Of a stretch of DNA of 47,646 nt, positions 28,336 to 37,153 are shown piece by piece; positions within the stretch are counted from its first letter, which is position 1; each line of letters opens with the position of its first letter. Where the stretch lies: the NCBI GenBank assembly GCA_038329555.1, contig JBBQNC010000001.1, forward strand, positions 1-47,646. Direction: 5' to 3'. The translations under genes were made by a program, and so were the position numbers. The notes under the pieces were generated by a model. That model was not told where the DNA came from and searched no databases. It worked only from the letters and a program-made list of their open reading frames with translations. The stretch is from Thermoanaerobaculia bacterium (lineage in GTDB: Bacteria > Acidobacteriota > Thermoanaerobaculia > UBA5066 > Gp7-AA6).

Positions 28336-29811
28336 GTGATCGGCTGGCTGTCGGGGAGAAAGACGGGCCCTCCCGCCGAGCCGGACCCGGCAGATGCGTC
28401 CGACGGCGGACCGGGAGCCCGCCGGAAGATCGGCAAATACGACGTCATCGCTCGCATCGGGGGCGGCGGCTTCGGCACCGTCTACGAGGGATTCGACCCG
28501 CTCATCCAGCGCAAGGTCGCGATCAAGACCTGCGAGGTGGGCAGCCCCGAGATCCGGGCGCGGACCTTCCAGGAGGCGCAGCTCGCCGGCCGCCTCCAGC
28601 ACCCGAACATCACGACCGTCTACGAGTTCGGCGTCGAAGAGGACGTGCCGTACATCGTGCAGGAGTTCCTTCCCGGCGAGGACCTCGACAAGATCATCCA
28701 CGGTGGCGCTGCGTTGCCGATCCCCGAGAAGCTGAAGATCCTGGTCGGGATCGCGCTCGGCCTCGAGTATGCGCACCGTGCCGGAGTCATCCACCGCGAC
28801 GTCAAGCCGTCCAACATCCGCGTCCTGGATGGAAATGCCATCAAGATCATGGACTTCGGGATCGCGAAGTCGCAGACCGAGGATGCGGAGATCACCAAGA
28901 AGGGTGTCGCCGTCGGATCCGCGGGCTACATGTCCCCCGAGCAGATCTGCGGGGACCCGGTCGACCACCGCACCGACATCTTTTCCTTCGGCATTCTCGC
29001 GTACGAGCTCCTGACCGGGCAGAAGGCCTTCCGCAGCGACACGCTCTTCAAGCTCCTCGAAATGGTCGTCAAAGAGGAGCCGGAGTCGATCTCGGAGCTC
29101 GCCCCCGACGTGGCTCCCGAGATCGCTGAAATCGTCTACCGCGCGATGCGGAAGGACCCGGCCGACCGTTTCCAGACCGCGAAGGAGCTCCGCCAGGCGC
29201 TCGTCGACGCGCACGACGACCATTCCGCCGGGGCGCTCCTTCCGCTTCCGTCGCCGGTTCCCCACGACGAAGCCGCGAGGCTGGGCGCCCTCGCGCGGTT
29301 CGACGTCCTCGACAGCGATCCGGAGCGGGAGTTCGACGACCTCGCCCTCCTCGCATCGCGAGTCTGCGCGACGCCCTTCGCTCTCATCTCTCTCGTCGAT
29401 CGCGAGCGGCAATGGTTCAAGTCGCGCGTGGGCATCGAGGCGACAGAAACGCGGCGCGACGTCTCGATCTGCGCGCACGCCATCCTCGGTCAGGAAGTGC
29501 TGGTCGTGCCCGACACGCGCGCCGATCCACGGTTCTCCGACAACCCCCTCGTGCGCGGCGAGCCGGGCCTGCGCTTCTACGCGGGCGCGCCGCTCGTCAC
29601 CACCGACGGGCACGCGATCGGAACGATCTGCGTCCTCGACCGTGTGCCGCGCGAGCTCGACGCCGCGCAAATCGACTCCCTTCGCGCGCTCTCGCGACAG
29701 ACCATGTCCCAGCTGGAGCTGCGCCGGCGCGTCCGGAACGATCGCGATCGCTCCGGCGAAGCGTTGATCCGCGAGGCCTCGGGAATCGCGGAGTCGGAGC
29801 CGCGTCCGTGA
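28336..29811 (+). CDS. Hanks-type Ser/Thr protein kinase with C-terminal GAF domain
   Basis: G-loop GGGGFGTVYEG, VAIK, HRDVKPSNI, DFG, GSAGYMSPE. C-terminal GAF-like block (FDDLALLASRVCATPFALISLVDRERQWFKS...RFYAGAPL). GTG 28336 was chosen as the start within ORF 28192-29811. Confidence 0.88.
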   Translation: MIGWLSGRKTGPPAEPDPADASDGGPGARRKIGKYDVIARIGGGGFGTVYEGFDPLIQRKVAIKTCEVGSPEIRARTFQEAQLAGRLQHPNITTVYEFGVEEDVPYIVQEFLPGEDLDKIIHGGAALPIPEKLKILVGIALGLEYAHRAGVIHRDVKPSNIRVLDGNAIKIMDFGIAKSQTEDAEITKKGVAVGSAGYMSPEQICGDPVDHRTDIFSFGILAYELLTGQKAFRSDTLFKLLEMVVKEEPESISELAPDVAPEIAEIVYRAMRKDPADRFQTAKELRQALVDAHDDHSAGALLPLPSPVPHDEAARLGALARFDVLDSDPEREFDDLALLASRVCATPFALISLVDRERQWFKSRVGIEATETRRDVSICAHAILGQEVLVVPDTRADPRFSDNPLVRGEPGLRFYAGAPLVTTDGHAIGTICVLDRVPRELDAAQIDSLRALSRQTMSQLELRRRVRNDRDRSGEALIREASGIAESEPRP

Positions 29812-30176
29812 GCGACCGACCCACCATCCTCGTCGTGGACGACGACGCGGCCATCCGCGATTCCCTCCGGGAGCTCCTGACTGGCGAGGGATACGGCGTC
29901 GAGACGGCCGTGGACGGCCAGGACGCCCTGGAACGGCTCGGGTCGATGGAGCCCCCCGGCCTGATCCTTCTCGACCTGAAGATGCCCCGGATCGATGGCT
30001 GGCAGTTTCTCGCGCGCCGCGACGGCGACAGCAGCCGCATCCCCGTCGTGCTCCTCTCGGGGATGGCTTTCATCCGCGACGCGCCGGGAGTCGCGGACTT
30101 CATCGCCAAGCCCATCCGCCCCGATCGGCTTCTCGAATGTGTGCGGCGCTTCTGCGAGCGCCACTCCGCGCCCTGA
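29808..30176 (+). CDS. Single-domain response regulator (REC)
   Basis: GTG start overlaps the kinase stop (GTGA). ILVVDDDAAIRD, phospho-acceptor context LILLDLKMPRIDG, and conserved Lys in IAKP. Confidence 0.88.
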   Translation: MSDRPTILVVDDDAAIRDSLRELLTGEGYGVETAVDGQDALERLGSMEPPGLILLDLKMPRIDGWQFLARRDGDSSRIPVVLLSGMAFIRDAPGVADFIAKPIRPDRLLECVRRFCERHSAP

Positions 30177-30257
30177 AATCGACGGCGATCGGCCCGGAAC
30201 TTGCATTCCGAGCGGCGCCATGACGGAAAAGGCGCCGCCCGGACGCGATCCTCGATA

Positions 30258-32414
30258 ATGGCGGCCATGGCATCGGAACACCTCGTCCAGTTCTACGAGG
30301 GGCGCGATTTCCTCCTCGACGAGGCGACGCGTTTTCTCGGCGGGACCTCTCCCGGCGCGGATTCCATGCTCGTGATCGCGACGCCGCCCCATCGCGACGG
30401 GATCGAGGAGCGGCTCCTGGCGACGGGTTTCGACCTCGAGGCGGCACGCCGGACCGGCCGCTTCCAGGCCCTCGACGCGTCCGAGACTCTCGCGCGGTTC
30501 ATGGTGGGAGCGCTTCCCGACCGGGACCTCTTTTTCGACGTGGTCGGCGCCGCCCTGGAGCGCGCTTCCGCCGCGGCTCCGTCCGGTCGCGTGCATGCCT
30601 TCGGCGAGATGGTCGCGCTCCTCTGGGCGGACGGCCAGCGCGAGGCGGTGGTTCGCCTGGAGCAGCTCTGGAACGAGCTCGGCCGGGCCCACCCGCTCAC
30701 CCTTCTCTGCGGGTACCCGATGGGCGGCTTCGAGAGCGAGGACCACGCCCGGGCTTTCGCGGACATCTGCGGGGAACATTCCCGGGTCGCCCCCGGCGAG
30801 AGCTTCGGGGCGCTGCGGGATCCGCAGGAGCGGCTGCGCGCCGTGGCGGAGCTGCAACAGAAGGCGAGCTCGCTCGAGTCGGAGATCGCCCAACGCCACC
30901 GGACGCAGCGCGAGCTCCATCGGCGCGAGCAGGAGCTCTCCGATTTCCTGGAGAACGCCGTGGAGGGCATCCACCGGGTGGGTGCCGACGGACGGATCCA
31001 GTGGGCCAACCGGGCCGAGCTCAGGATGCTGGGCTACCGGGCCGACGAGTACATCGGGCACGAGATTTCCGAGTTCCACGCGGACCGCGACGTCATCGAC
31101 CGCATCCTGAGACGGCTGCTTCGCGGCGAGACGCTGTACGACGAGCCCGCGAGGCTGCGGTGCAAGGACGGATCGATCCGTCACGTCCTCATCCATTCGA
31201 ACGCCTTCTGGGAGGATGGAGAGTTCGTTCATACCCGGTGCTTCACCCGCGACGTGACCGACCGGGTCCGGCTCGAGGAGGAGCTGAAAAAGAGAGTCGA
31301 CGAGCTCGCGGACGCGGGACGCCGCAAGGACGAGTTCCTCGCGATGCTCGGCCACGAGCTGCGCAATCCTCTCTCCCCCATCGTCACCGCGCTTCAGGTC
31401 ATGCGACTGCGGGGAGACGATCCGGGTGCCCTCGCTCGCTCGATCGAAGTCATCGACCGTCAGACCCGCCGCATGGCGCGGCTGGTCGACGACCTCCTGG
31501 ACGTTTCCCGCATCACCCGGGGAGCGATCGAGCTGCGGGAGGAAACGGTTCGCGTCGCGGCGCTCGTCGATCGGGCCGTCGAACAGGTCCGCCCGCTGCT
31601 CGAAGAGCGCGGACACCGCCTCAAGCTCGACCTCCCGGAAACGCCCGTTTCGCTTCGCGGCGACCCGACGCGCCTCGAGCAGGTCCTCTCGAACCTCCTG
31701 ATCAACGCCGCCAAATACACGGACGTCGGCGGACGCATCTCCGTGACGGTTCGCCGCGACGGGGCGGACGTCCTCATCTCGGTCCGGGACAACGGGGTCG
31801 GAATGTCGGCCGAGCTGAAGGACAGGGTTTTCGACCTGTTCGTGCAGAGCCCCGAGTCCGGGGTCCGCGCGCCGGGCGGCCTGGGCGTCGGCCTGACGCT
31901 CGTCCGCCGCCTGGTCGAGCTGCACGGCGGATCCGTCGAGGCCTCGAGCGACGGCCCGAACCGGGGCAGCGAGTTCCGGATCCGGCTGCCGGAGCATGCG
32001 CCCCCGGGCCCCCACGCGGTGCCCGCCGGCGCGACGGCCCCCGCGTCCGCCCCCTCGACGGGCCGCCGCATCCTGGTCGTCGACGACAACGCCGATGCCG
32101 CGGAGGGACTGGGAGAATTTCTGAGCGCGCTCGGCCACGACGTTCGCACCGTTCAGGACGGCGAGGAGGCGGTCCGGGTCGCCCGGGTCCACCGCCCCGA
32201 AGTCGTCTTCCTCGACATCGGCATGCCCGGTCTGGACGGGCACGAGGTCGCCCGCCGGCTTCGAGCCGACAGCTGCCGCGCTTCGCTGCTGGTCGCGCTG
32301 ACCGGTTACGGGCAGGAGTCGGATCGCCAGCTCTCCCGCGACGCCGGCTTCGACCATCACATGGTCAAGCCGGTCGACATCGCCCGTCTCGAGAGCCTCC
32401 TCGAGCCGAACTGA
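30258..32414 (+). CDS. Hybrid sensor histidine kinase: MEDS-like N-domain, PAS, HisKA, HATPase_c, REC
   Basis: EHLVQFYEGRDFLLDEATRFL and LLCGYPMGGF fit MEDS. PAS region (RVGADGRIQWANRAELRMLGY). H-box LGHELRNPL, N-box LINAAKYT, G-boxes DNGVGM and GGLGVGL. C-terminal REC (ILVVDDNADAAE...FLDIGMPGLDG...VKP). Confidence 0.88.
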   Translation: MAAMASEHLVQFYEGRDFLLDEATRFLGGTSPGADSMLVIATPPHRDGIEERLLATGFDLEAARRTGRFQALDASETLARFMVGALPDRDLFFDVVGAALERASAAAPSGRVHAFGEMVALLWADGQREAVVRLEQLWNELGRAHPLTLLCGYPMGGFESEDHARAFADICGEHSRVAPGESFGALRDPQERLRAVAELQQKASSLESEIAQRHRTQRELHRREQELSDFLENAVEGIHRVGADGRIQWANRAELRMLGYRADEYIGHEISEFHADRDVIDRILRRLLRGETLYDEPARLRCKDGSIRHVLIHSNAFWEDGEFVHTRCFTRDVTDRVRLEEELKKRVDELADAGRRKDEFLAMLGHELRNPLSPIVTALQVMRLRGDDPGALARSIEVIDRQTRRMARLVDDLLDVSRITRGAIELREETVRVAALVDRAVEQVRPLLEERGHRLKLDLPETPVSLRGDPTRLEQVLSNLLINAAKYTDVGGRISVTVRRDGADVLISVRDNGVGMSAELKDRVFDLFVQSPESGVRAPGGLGVGLTLVRRLVELHGGSVEASSDGPNRGSEFRIRLPEHAPPGPHAVPAGATAPASAPSTGRRILVVDDNADAAEGLGEFLSALGHDVRTVQDGEEAVRVARVHRPEVVFLDIGMPGLDGHEVARRLRADSCRASLLVALTGYGQESDRQLSRDAGFDHHMVKPVDIARLESLLEPN

Positions 32415-32434
32415 CCGGGACCAGCCCGTCCCGG
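32415..32434. terminator. Hairpin in the 25-nt convergent spacer (possible bidirectional terminator)
   Basis: CCGGGAC-cagccc-GTCCCGG, a 7-bp stem between the kinase stop (32414) and the decarboxylase stop (32440). No U-tract. Confidence 0.45.
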
Positions 32435-32439
32435 GCCAC

Positions 32440-33906
32440 TCAGCGGAGTGCGCCCGCGGCCTCGCGAACGAGGTCCCACATCCGTCCCACGTGGCGCTCT
32501 TCCGTCCGAAGATTGCCGATGCCGACCCGCACCACGACGCGCCCCTTGAGCGTTGTGTGCGTGACGTAGGCCGCACCGGTTGCGTTGACCGCCGCCACGA
32601 TCTCCTCGTTCCACCGGTCGCAGATCGCAGGGTCGACGCCGTCGGGAGCGTAGCGAAAGCAGACGACCGCCATGGGCGCCGGCGCGGCCATCACGAACCC
32701 CGGCTCCGCGCCGACCCGCGCCGCCAGCCACGAGGCGAGCCGGCAATGCTCGCGGATCGTGCCCGCGATCCCGTCGCGGCCGAGCGCGCGGAAGACCATC
32801 CATGCTTTCAAGGCGCGGAACCGGCGGCCGAGCTGGATGCCGTAGTCCATGTAGTCGATCGCGGCGCCCTCCCCCGGCTCCGTCGAGTCTCCCCGCAGAT
32901 ATTCCGGAACGAGCGAGAACACCGCACGAAGGGCGGCGGGATCGCGGACGAACAGCGCGGAGAAGTCGAGCGGCACGAACAGCCACTTGTGAGGATTGAT
33001 GACGACGGAATCGGCGAGCGCGGCGCCTTCCATCGCCTCGGCCCGTTCCGGCAGGAGGGCGATCGCGCCACCGTACGCGGCGTCGACGTGCAGCCACGTC
33101 CCCCGCGCGCGGCAGACGGCGGCGATTTCCGCGACCGAGTCGATGCTGCCCGTCGAGGTGGTCCCGACGGTCGCCACGACGGCGAGGGGACGCGCACCTC
33201 GAGCGGCGTCCGCCGAGATCGCGGCCGCCAGAGACGGGACGTCGAGCTCGAACCGGTGGTTACTCGGAACGCGGACGACGTTCGCCTCGCCGAGTCCGAG
33301 AACGATCATCGCCTTCTCGACGGAGCTGTGAGCCTGGTCCGACGCATAGACCCGAAGGACGGGCAGGTTGGGATGGCCCGCAAGACCGCGTTCGCGCACG
33401 CCGGGTGCGGCACGTTCGCGCGCCGCCGCGAGGGCGTGGACGACGGCCACCGACGCCGTGTCGTAGACGATTCCCGCGAAGTCGGCCGGCAGCCGGACCA
33501 TCTCGCGGATCCATTCGAGAACGACCGACTCGAGCTCGGTCGCCGCGGGAGACGTCCGCCACGTCATCGCGCTGACGTTCATGGCCGCGGCGGCGACCTC
33601 CCCGATGAGAGCCGCCCCGTTGCTCGTGCTGCCGAAGTACCCCAGGAATGCCGGGTGGCCCCAGTGCAGGATGCCGGGCATGATCAACCGGTCGAGATCC
33701 GCGAGAATGCGATCGAAGGGCTCCGGGCCGGACGGGGCGGAACGGGCTAGGCCCGCCGTGACGTCGCCCGGGCGGACCGACGGAGCGATTCGGCGTCCTT
33801 CGATCGTCTCGCGGTAATCGGCCGCCCAATCCGCGATCCGGTGCAGCTCCGCCCGCAGGACCTCGGGAGGCATGTCCTTCGCGATTCCCTTCAGGTGCTC
33901 CGTCAT
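32440..33906 (-). CDS. Group II pyridoxal-phosphate-dependent (aromatic-L-amino-acid-type) decarboxylase
   Basis: 488 aa from the internal ATG (MTEHLKG...). HWGHPAFLGYF, the PLP-Lys context VINPHKWLFVP, and overall AADC-like layout. Confidence 0.9.
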   Translation of the reverse strand: MTEHLKGIAKDMPPEVLRAELHRIADWAADYRETIEGRRIAPSVRPGDVTAGLARSAPSGPEPFDRILADLDRLIMPGILHWGHPAFLGYFGSTSNGAALIGEVAAAAMNVSAMTWRTSPAATELESVVLEWIREMVRLPADFAGIVYDTASVAVVHALAAARERAAPGVRERGLAGHPNLPVLRVYASDQAHSSVEKAMIVLGLGEANVVRVPSNHRFELDVPSLAAAISADAARGARPLAVVATVGTTSTGSIDSVAEIAAVCRARGTWLHVDAAYGGAIALLPERAEAMEGAALADSVVINPHKWLFVPLDFSALFVRDPAALRAVFSLVPEYLRGDSTEPGEGAAIDYMDYGIQLGRRFRALKAWMVFRALGRDGIAGTIREHCRLASWLAARVGAEPGFVMAAPAPMAVVCFRYAPDGVDPAICDRWNEEIVAAVNATGAAYVTHTTLKGRVVVRVGIGNLRTEERHVGRMWDLVREAAGALR

Positions 33907-33929
33907 GGGATCGTCGTTGACCGCTCGGC

Positions 33930-35000
33930 ATGCGATTTGCGCTTCGGCTTGGCATGGCGAGACGGTTCGAGAATCTGACCTGCATCGTCCCCATCCGGTC
34001 CGCAACGCCGATGGCGTCCTCGGAGCTCACGGCATACCTGCGGTGGCTGGCAGGATGCGCCGAGGCGATCGTGGTCGATGGTTCGCCGAGCGAGATCTTC
34101 GCGAAGAACCACGACGCGTGGCGCGGCTTCGTCCGGCACGTGCCGCCGGCGGCCGATCTCGTCACTCCGATGGGGAAGGTCGGCGGCGTCCTGACCGGTG
34201 TGCGGCTCGCGTCGCACGAGCGCCTGATCGTTGCGGATGACGACGTCCGGTATGACGAGGAGTCGCTGGAGCGAGTCGCCCGCGCCCTTCTCGACTCCGA
34301 CGTCGTCCGACCGCAGAATTACTTCGAGCCGCTTCCGTGGCACGCGCGGTGGGACACCGGGCGCATGCTGCTCAATCGCATGACCGGGGGCGACTGGCCC
34401 GGAACGCTCGGTGTCCGCCGTTCGCTCCTCGTCGCCACGGGCGGTTACGACGGCCGGGTGATGTTCGAAAACCTCGAGCTGGTGCGAACCGTCCGGGCCG
34501 CCGGCGGAAGAGAACGCGTGCTGCTCGACGCGTACGTGCTCCGCCGGCCTTCCACGACGCGCCACTTCTGGTCCCAGCGCGTACGTCAGGCCTACGACGA
34601 GCTCGCCCGTCCCGCGCGGCTCGCCCTGCAGCTTTCGCTCCTGCCCGTCGCGGCGGCTCTCGTCGCGACGGGGAGTTGGGGCGCCCTGGCGACCTCGCTG
34701 GCCGGCGTCGCCTTTGTCGCCGAGGTGGGGCGCCGACGAGCGGGAGGGAGCCGTCATTTCCCGTGGACGGCGTCGCTCCTCGCCCCGGCCTGGGTCGCCG
34801 AACGGGCCGTCTGCGCCTGGCTCGCACTGGGAGTCCGTCTTTGGAAAGGGGGCGTCCCTTATCGCGGGCGAGTTCTGCGCCATGCCGCTACGCCGATGCG
34901 GGTCCTGATGCACCGCCTGGCTCCGGAGTCGCGGCCTCTCCCTCCGCTGTCGGAGTCTTCGCGCCCGCGGCTTCGAAGAGCTCGACGTCGATCGGCTTGA
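33930..35000 (+). CDS. Glycosyltransferase family 2 (GT-A) with C-terminal membrane segment
   Basis: CIVPIRS... and the DxD-type ADDDVRY. C-terminal hydrophobic helices, then a low-complexity tail. Alternative start at ATG 33954. Confidence 0.8.
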   Translation: MRFALRLGMARRFENLTCIVPIRSATPMASSELTAYLRWLAGCAEAIVVDGSPSEIFAKNHDAWRGFVRHVPPAADLVTPMGKVGGVLTGVRLASHERLIVADDDVRYDEESLERVARALLDSDVVRPQNYFEPLPWHARWDTGRMLLNRMTGGDWPGTLGVRRSLLVATGGYDGRVMFENLELVRTVRAAGGRERVLLDAYVLRRPSTTRHFWSQRVRQAYDELARPARLALQLSLLPVAAALVATGSWGALATSLAGVAFVAEVGRRRAGGSRHFPWTASLLAPAWVAERAVCAWLALGVRLWKGGVPYRGRVLRHAATPMRVLMHRLAPESRPLPPLSESSRPRLRRARRRSA

Positions 35001-35574
35001 ACCGGCCGTTGTTGGACAGCTCGGCCGAACACGCGGTGACTCCGACGAGAAGATCCATCTCCGCGCGCAGAACGATCTGATCGCCGGCGCGAGAGCGCGG
35101 CGGAAGGATGCGGAGCTCGCCGGAGGGAAGAATGTCGACGTTCATGAAGACATTGAACGTCGTAGGGATCGCATCCGGGGGAATTCCGTGCGGGGCGAGA
35201 CTCCGAACGAGGTTTTCGTAACAGCTCGGGTGGTGGCCCAAGGTCCCGTAGAGGATCGTAAAGGTCTCCGGGCTGCAGGGGGTGAGCAGAAAGTCATGCC
35301 GCCCCACCGAGTCCTCCAGGATGGTCCACATCGGACGGCTTCGGTTCGAATAGAGCACGTGACCCGTCGTGACGTAGATCGTGTTCGCGTAATCGATGGT
35401 CCGCCCCGATGAAAGCCATTCGGCGGGGTCCTCGAGGGCGAACGAAACGAGATCCGAGACCTGCTCGCCCTCGGGATCCACGATGCGCAGGCGCTGGCCC
35501 CGGTGGACGACGAGCGCGTCGCCCGTCTGGGGAGGCAGATGAATGCGCCACCTCGGGCCGGATTCGGGCGTCAT
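34888..35574 (-). CDS. DUF1989 (urea-carboxylase-associated-type) family protein
   Basis: RIVDPEGEQVSDLV...GRTIDYANTIYVTTGHVLYSN...DFLLTPCS...HPSCYENL fits DUF1989. ATG 35574 overlaps the upstream YqcI stop (ATGA). The ATG at 35598 is the alternative start. Confidence 0.85.
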   Translation of the reverse strand: MTPESGPRWRIHLPPQTGDALVVHRGQRLRIVDPEGEQVSDLVSFALEDPAEWLSSGRTIDYANTIYVTTGHVLYSNRSRPMWTILEDSVGRHDFLLTPCSPETFTILYGTLGHHPSCYENLVRSLAPHGIPPDAIPTTFNVFMNVDILPSGELRILPPRSRAGDQIVLRAEMDLLVGVTACSAELSNNGRFKPIDVELFEAAGAKTPTAEGEAATPEPGGASGPASA

Positions 35575-36305
35575 CGCGTCTTCCGATGGAACGGACACCG
35601 CCAGCCCGCCTCCGATTTTCGCCCCGAGTACTGCGCCGCCTCAGATCGCTCCCCGAAGTCCGCGAGGTTCGGGTTGATGCTCCCCTGGAGCGCGAAATCG
35701 CGGAGGCGGATGGCCTGACGCAGGCGCTCGAAGCGGCCCTCCTCGCGCAACCGGCGAAACTGAGCGTGCGGGTTGAAGACGAGCGCGGGCCATCCGAACC
35801 GCCTCGAGAGTCGGGAGCTTCCGGGATGCAGACCGACGACGAAGTAGGCATTCCCGGCGAAGCTGAAGGAGAACCGCGGGTCCTCCGGATCGGAGCTCGC
35901 CTCAGGGTCCCATCCGGAAGCCGGATCATCGCGCTCGTGGAGTTCCTGGAGCTGTGCCCAGAGCCGCCGTTCGAACTCGCGCTCGGTCTGCGGGACGGGG
36001 TCCGTGAAGACCGCGGCGAAGGCGGTGAAGCCGCGGCCGCTCGGGATCGCCTTTCCGAAGGCAGCCAGGTCTCCCGCGAGACGATCCGTGGCGTCTGGAG
36101 AACCGAGCCTTCCGTAGACCGCGAGCCGGTACCCCCCCTGTCTAACGGCGGCCTTGCCTCCGAGACACGGAAACCGGGGATCCTCGACGAATCGGCGGAA
36201 GGCGTCGTCGATCTGTTCGAACGTTCCGGGCGGAGAATCTCCGGAAACGCTGGAAGCCGTCCCCTCGAGCGCCGATGCCGTCACCTCCGGCGCGAAGTTC
36301 CGCAT
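35571..36305 (-). CDS. YqcI/YcgG family protein
   Basis: 244 aa from the internal ATG. FPCLGGKAAVRQGGYR..., RFSFSFAGNAYFVVGLHP and VFNPHAQF fit the YqcI/YcgG family as I recall it. Confidence 0.82.
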   Translation of the reverse strand: MRNFAPEVTASALEGTASSVSGDSPPGTFEQIDDAFRRFVEDPRFPCLGGKAAVRQGGYRLAVYGRLGSPDATDRLAGDLAAFGKAIPSGRGFTAFAAVFTDPVPQTEREFERRLWAQLQELHERDDPASGWDPEASSDPEDPRFSFSFAGNAYFVVGLHPGSSRLSRRFGWPALVFNPHAQFRRLREEGRFERLRQAIRLRDFALQGSINPNLADFGERSEAAQYSGRKSEAGWRCPFHRKTR

Positions 36306-36446
36306 TGTGCTCACGTCTCTGGCTCCTTTGGTTCGACACGGCGTCGGGATTGGGTCCCTTCGCGGCGCTCTCAAGCGCGACGATTTGGATATTTCAGAAG
36401 TCGTGCCACGCGAACGGGCGGGCGGCCATTGTCCGGCGCACGCCGC

Positions 36447-36467
36447 GACGGACGACGGACGACGGGC
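36447..36467. repeat. Heptamer tandem array (GACGGAC)x2 plus GACGGGC
   Basis: Read directly. Lies immediately beyond the post-stop hairpin of the minus-strand response regulator. Confidence 0.8.
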
Positions 36468-36470
36468 GGT

Positions 36471-36491
36471 TCCCGGGGCCTCGCCCCGGGA
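36471..36491 (-). terminator. Hairpin after the response-regulator stop (possible terminator)
   Basis: TCCCGGGGC-ctc-GCCCCGGGA, a 9-bp stem 13 nt from the stop codon (36505-36507). No U-tract. Confidence 0.45.
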
Positions 36492-36504
36492 GACGGGCCG
36501 CGCC

Positions 36505-36963
36505 TCAGCGCTGCCGGCGAGCGATGAGCCGGCGAACCCAGCCCAGGAGGTCGTCGATCGAGACCGGCTTCTGAAGGGCGCCGGCCACGTCCTGGGGTCC
36601 GGTGTGGGTCTCGCGCTGGACGTATGCGCTCAGCAGCAGGACGGGCACGGCCGCGAGGTGGGGCTTGGCCTTGAGGCGGGCGTTGAAATCCCAGCCGTTC
36701 ATCACCGGCATCATGAGGTCCAGGATGATCAGCTCGGGCGCCGGAAGGTTCTCCAGGAGCGCCAGGGCGTGCAGGCCGTTCGTCGCGCCGACGGCGTGGA
36801 AGCCGTCGTCCTCCAGGACCTCGCAGAGCGTATCCCGGAGGAGGTCGTCGTCTTCGACTACCAGGATCAGGGGCCGGCGGCGCTCCGAGCCGCTCGGATC
36901 GGCTCCGTGGGACGGATGGCCGTCCGGGGCCAGGTAGGGGGACATCGAGGTGAATCTTTGCAT
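36505..36963 (-). CDS. Single-domain response regulator (REC)
   Basis: LILVVEDDDLLRD, ILDLMMPVMNG, LQKP. ATG 36963 was chosen within ORF 36505-37203. Confidence 0.85.
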   Translation of the reverse strand: MQRFTSMSPYLAPDGHPSHGADPSGSERRRPLILVVEDDDLLRDTLCEVLEDDGFHAVGATNGLHALALLENLPAPELIILDLMMPVMNGWDFNARLKAKPHLAAVPVLLLSAYVQRETHTGPQDVAGALQKPVSIDDLLGWVRRLIARRQR

Positions 36964-37153
36964 GATTCGGGCCCTGCCGCGACCGCGGGCCAGTCGTCCG
37001 AGCCGCCGCGCGCCTCGGCGCCGGCATCCATACGACAGGCGAAAGACGACCGGCGCGTCCGGAGCCGATGGGTGCCGGCAGGTAGGCAGGTAGCAACCGT
37101 ACCGTCGTCGTCCCGGGGATCCCCCTACGATCCGGCAGGGATCGGGAGATCGG

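Noticed and set aside
29577-32576. 999-aa minus-strand ORF.
   Set aside because: It is antisense to the response regulator and the hybrid histidine kinase, both of which carry complete catalytic motifs.
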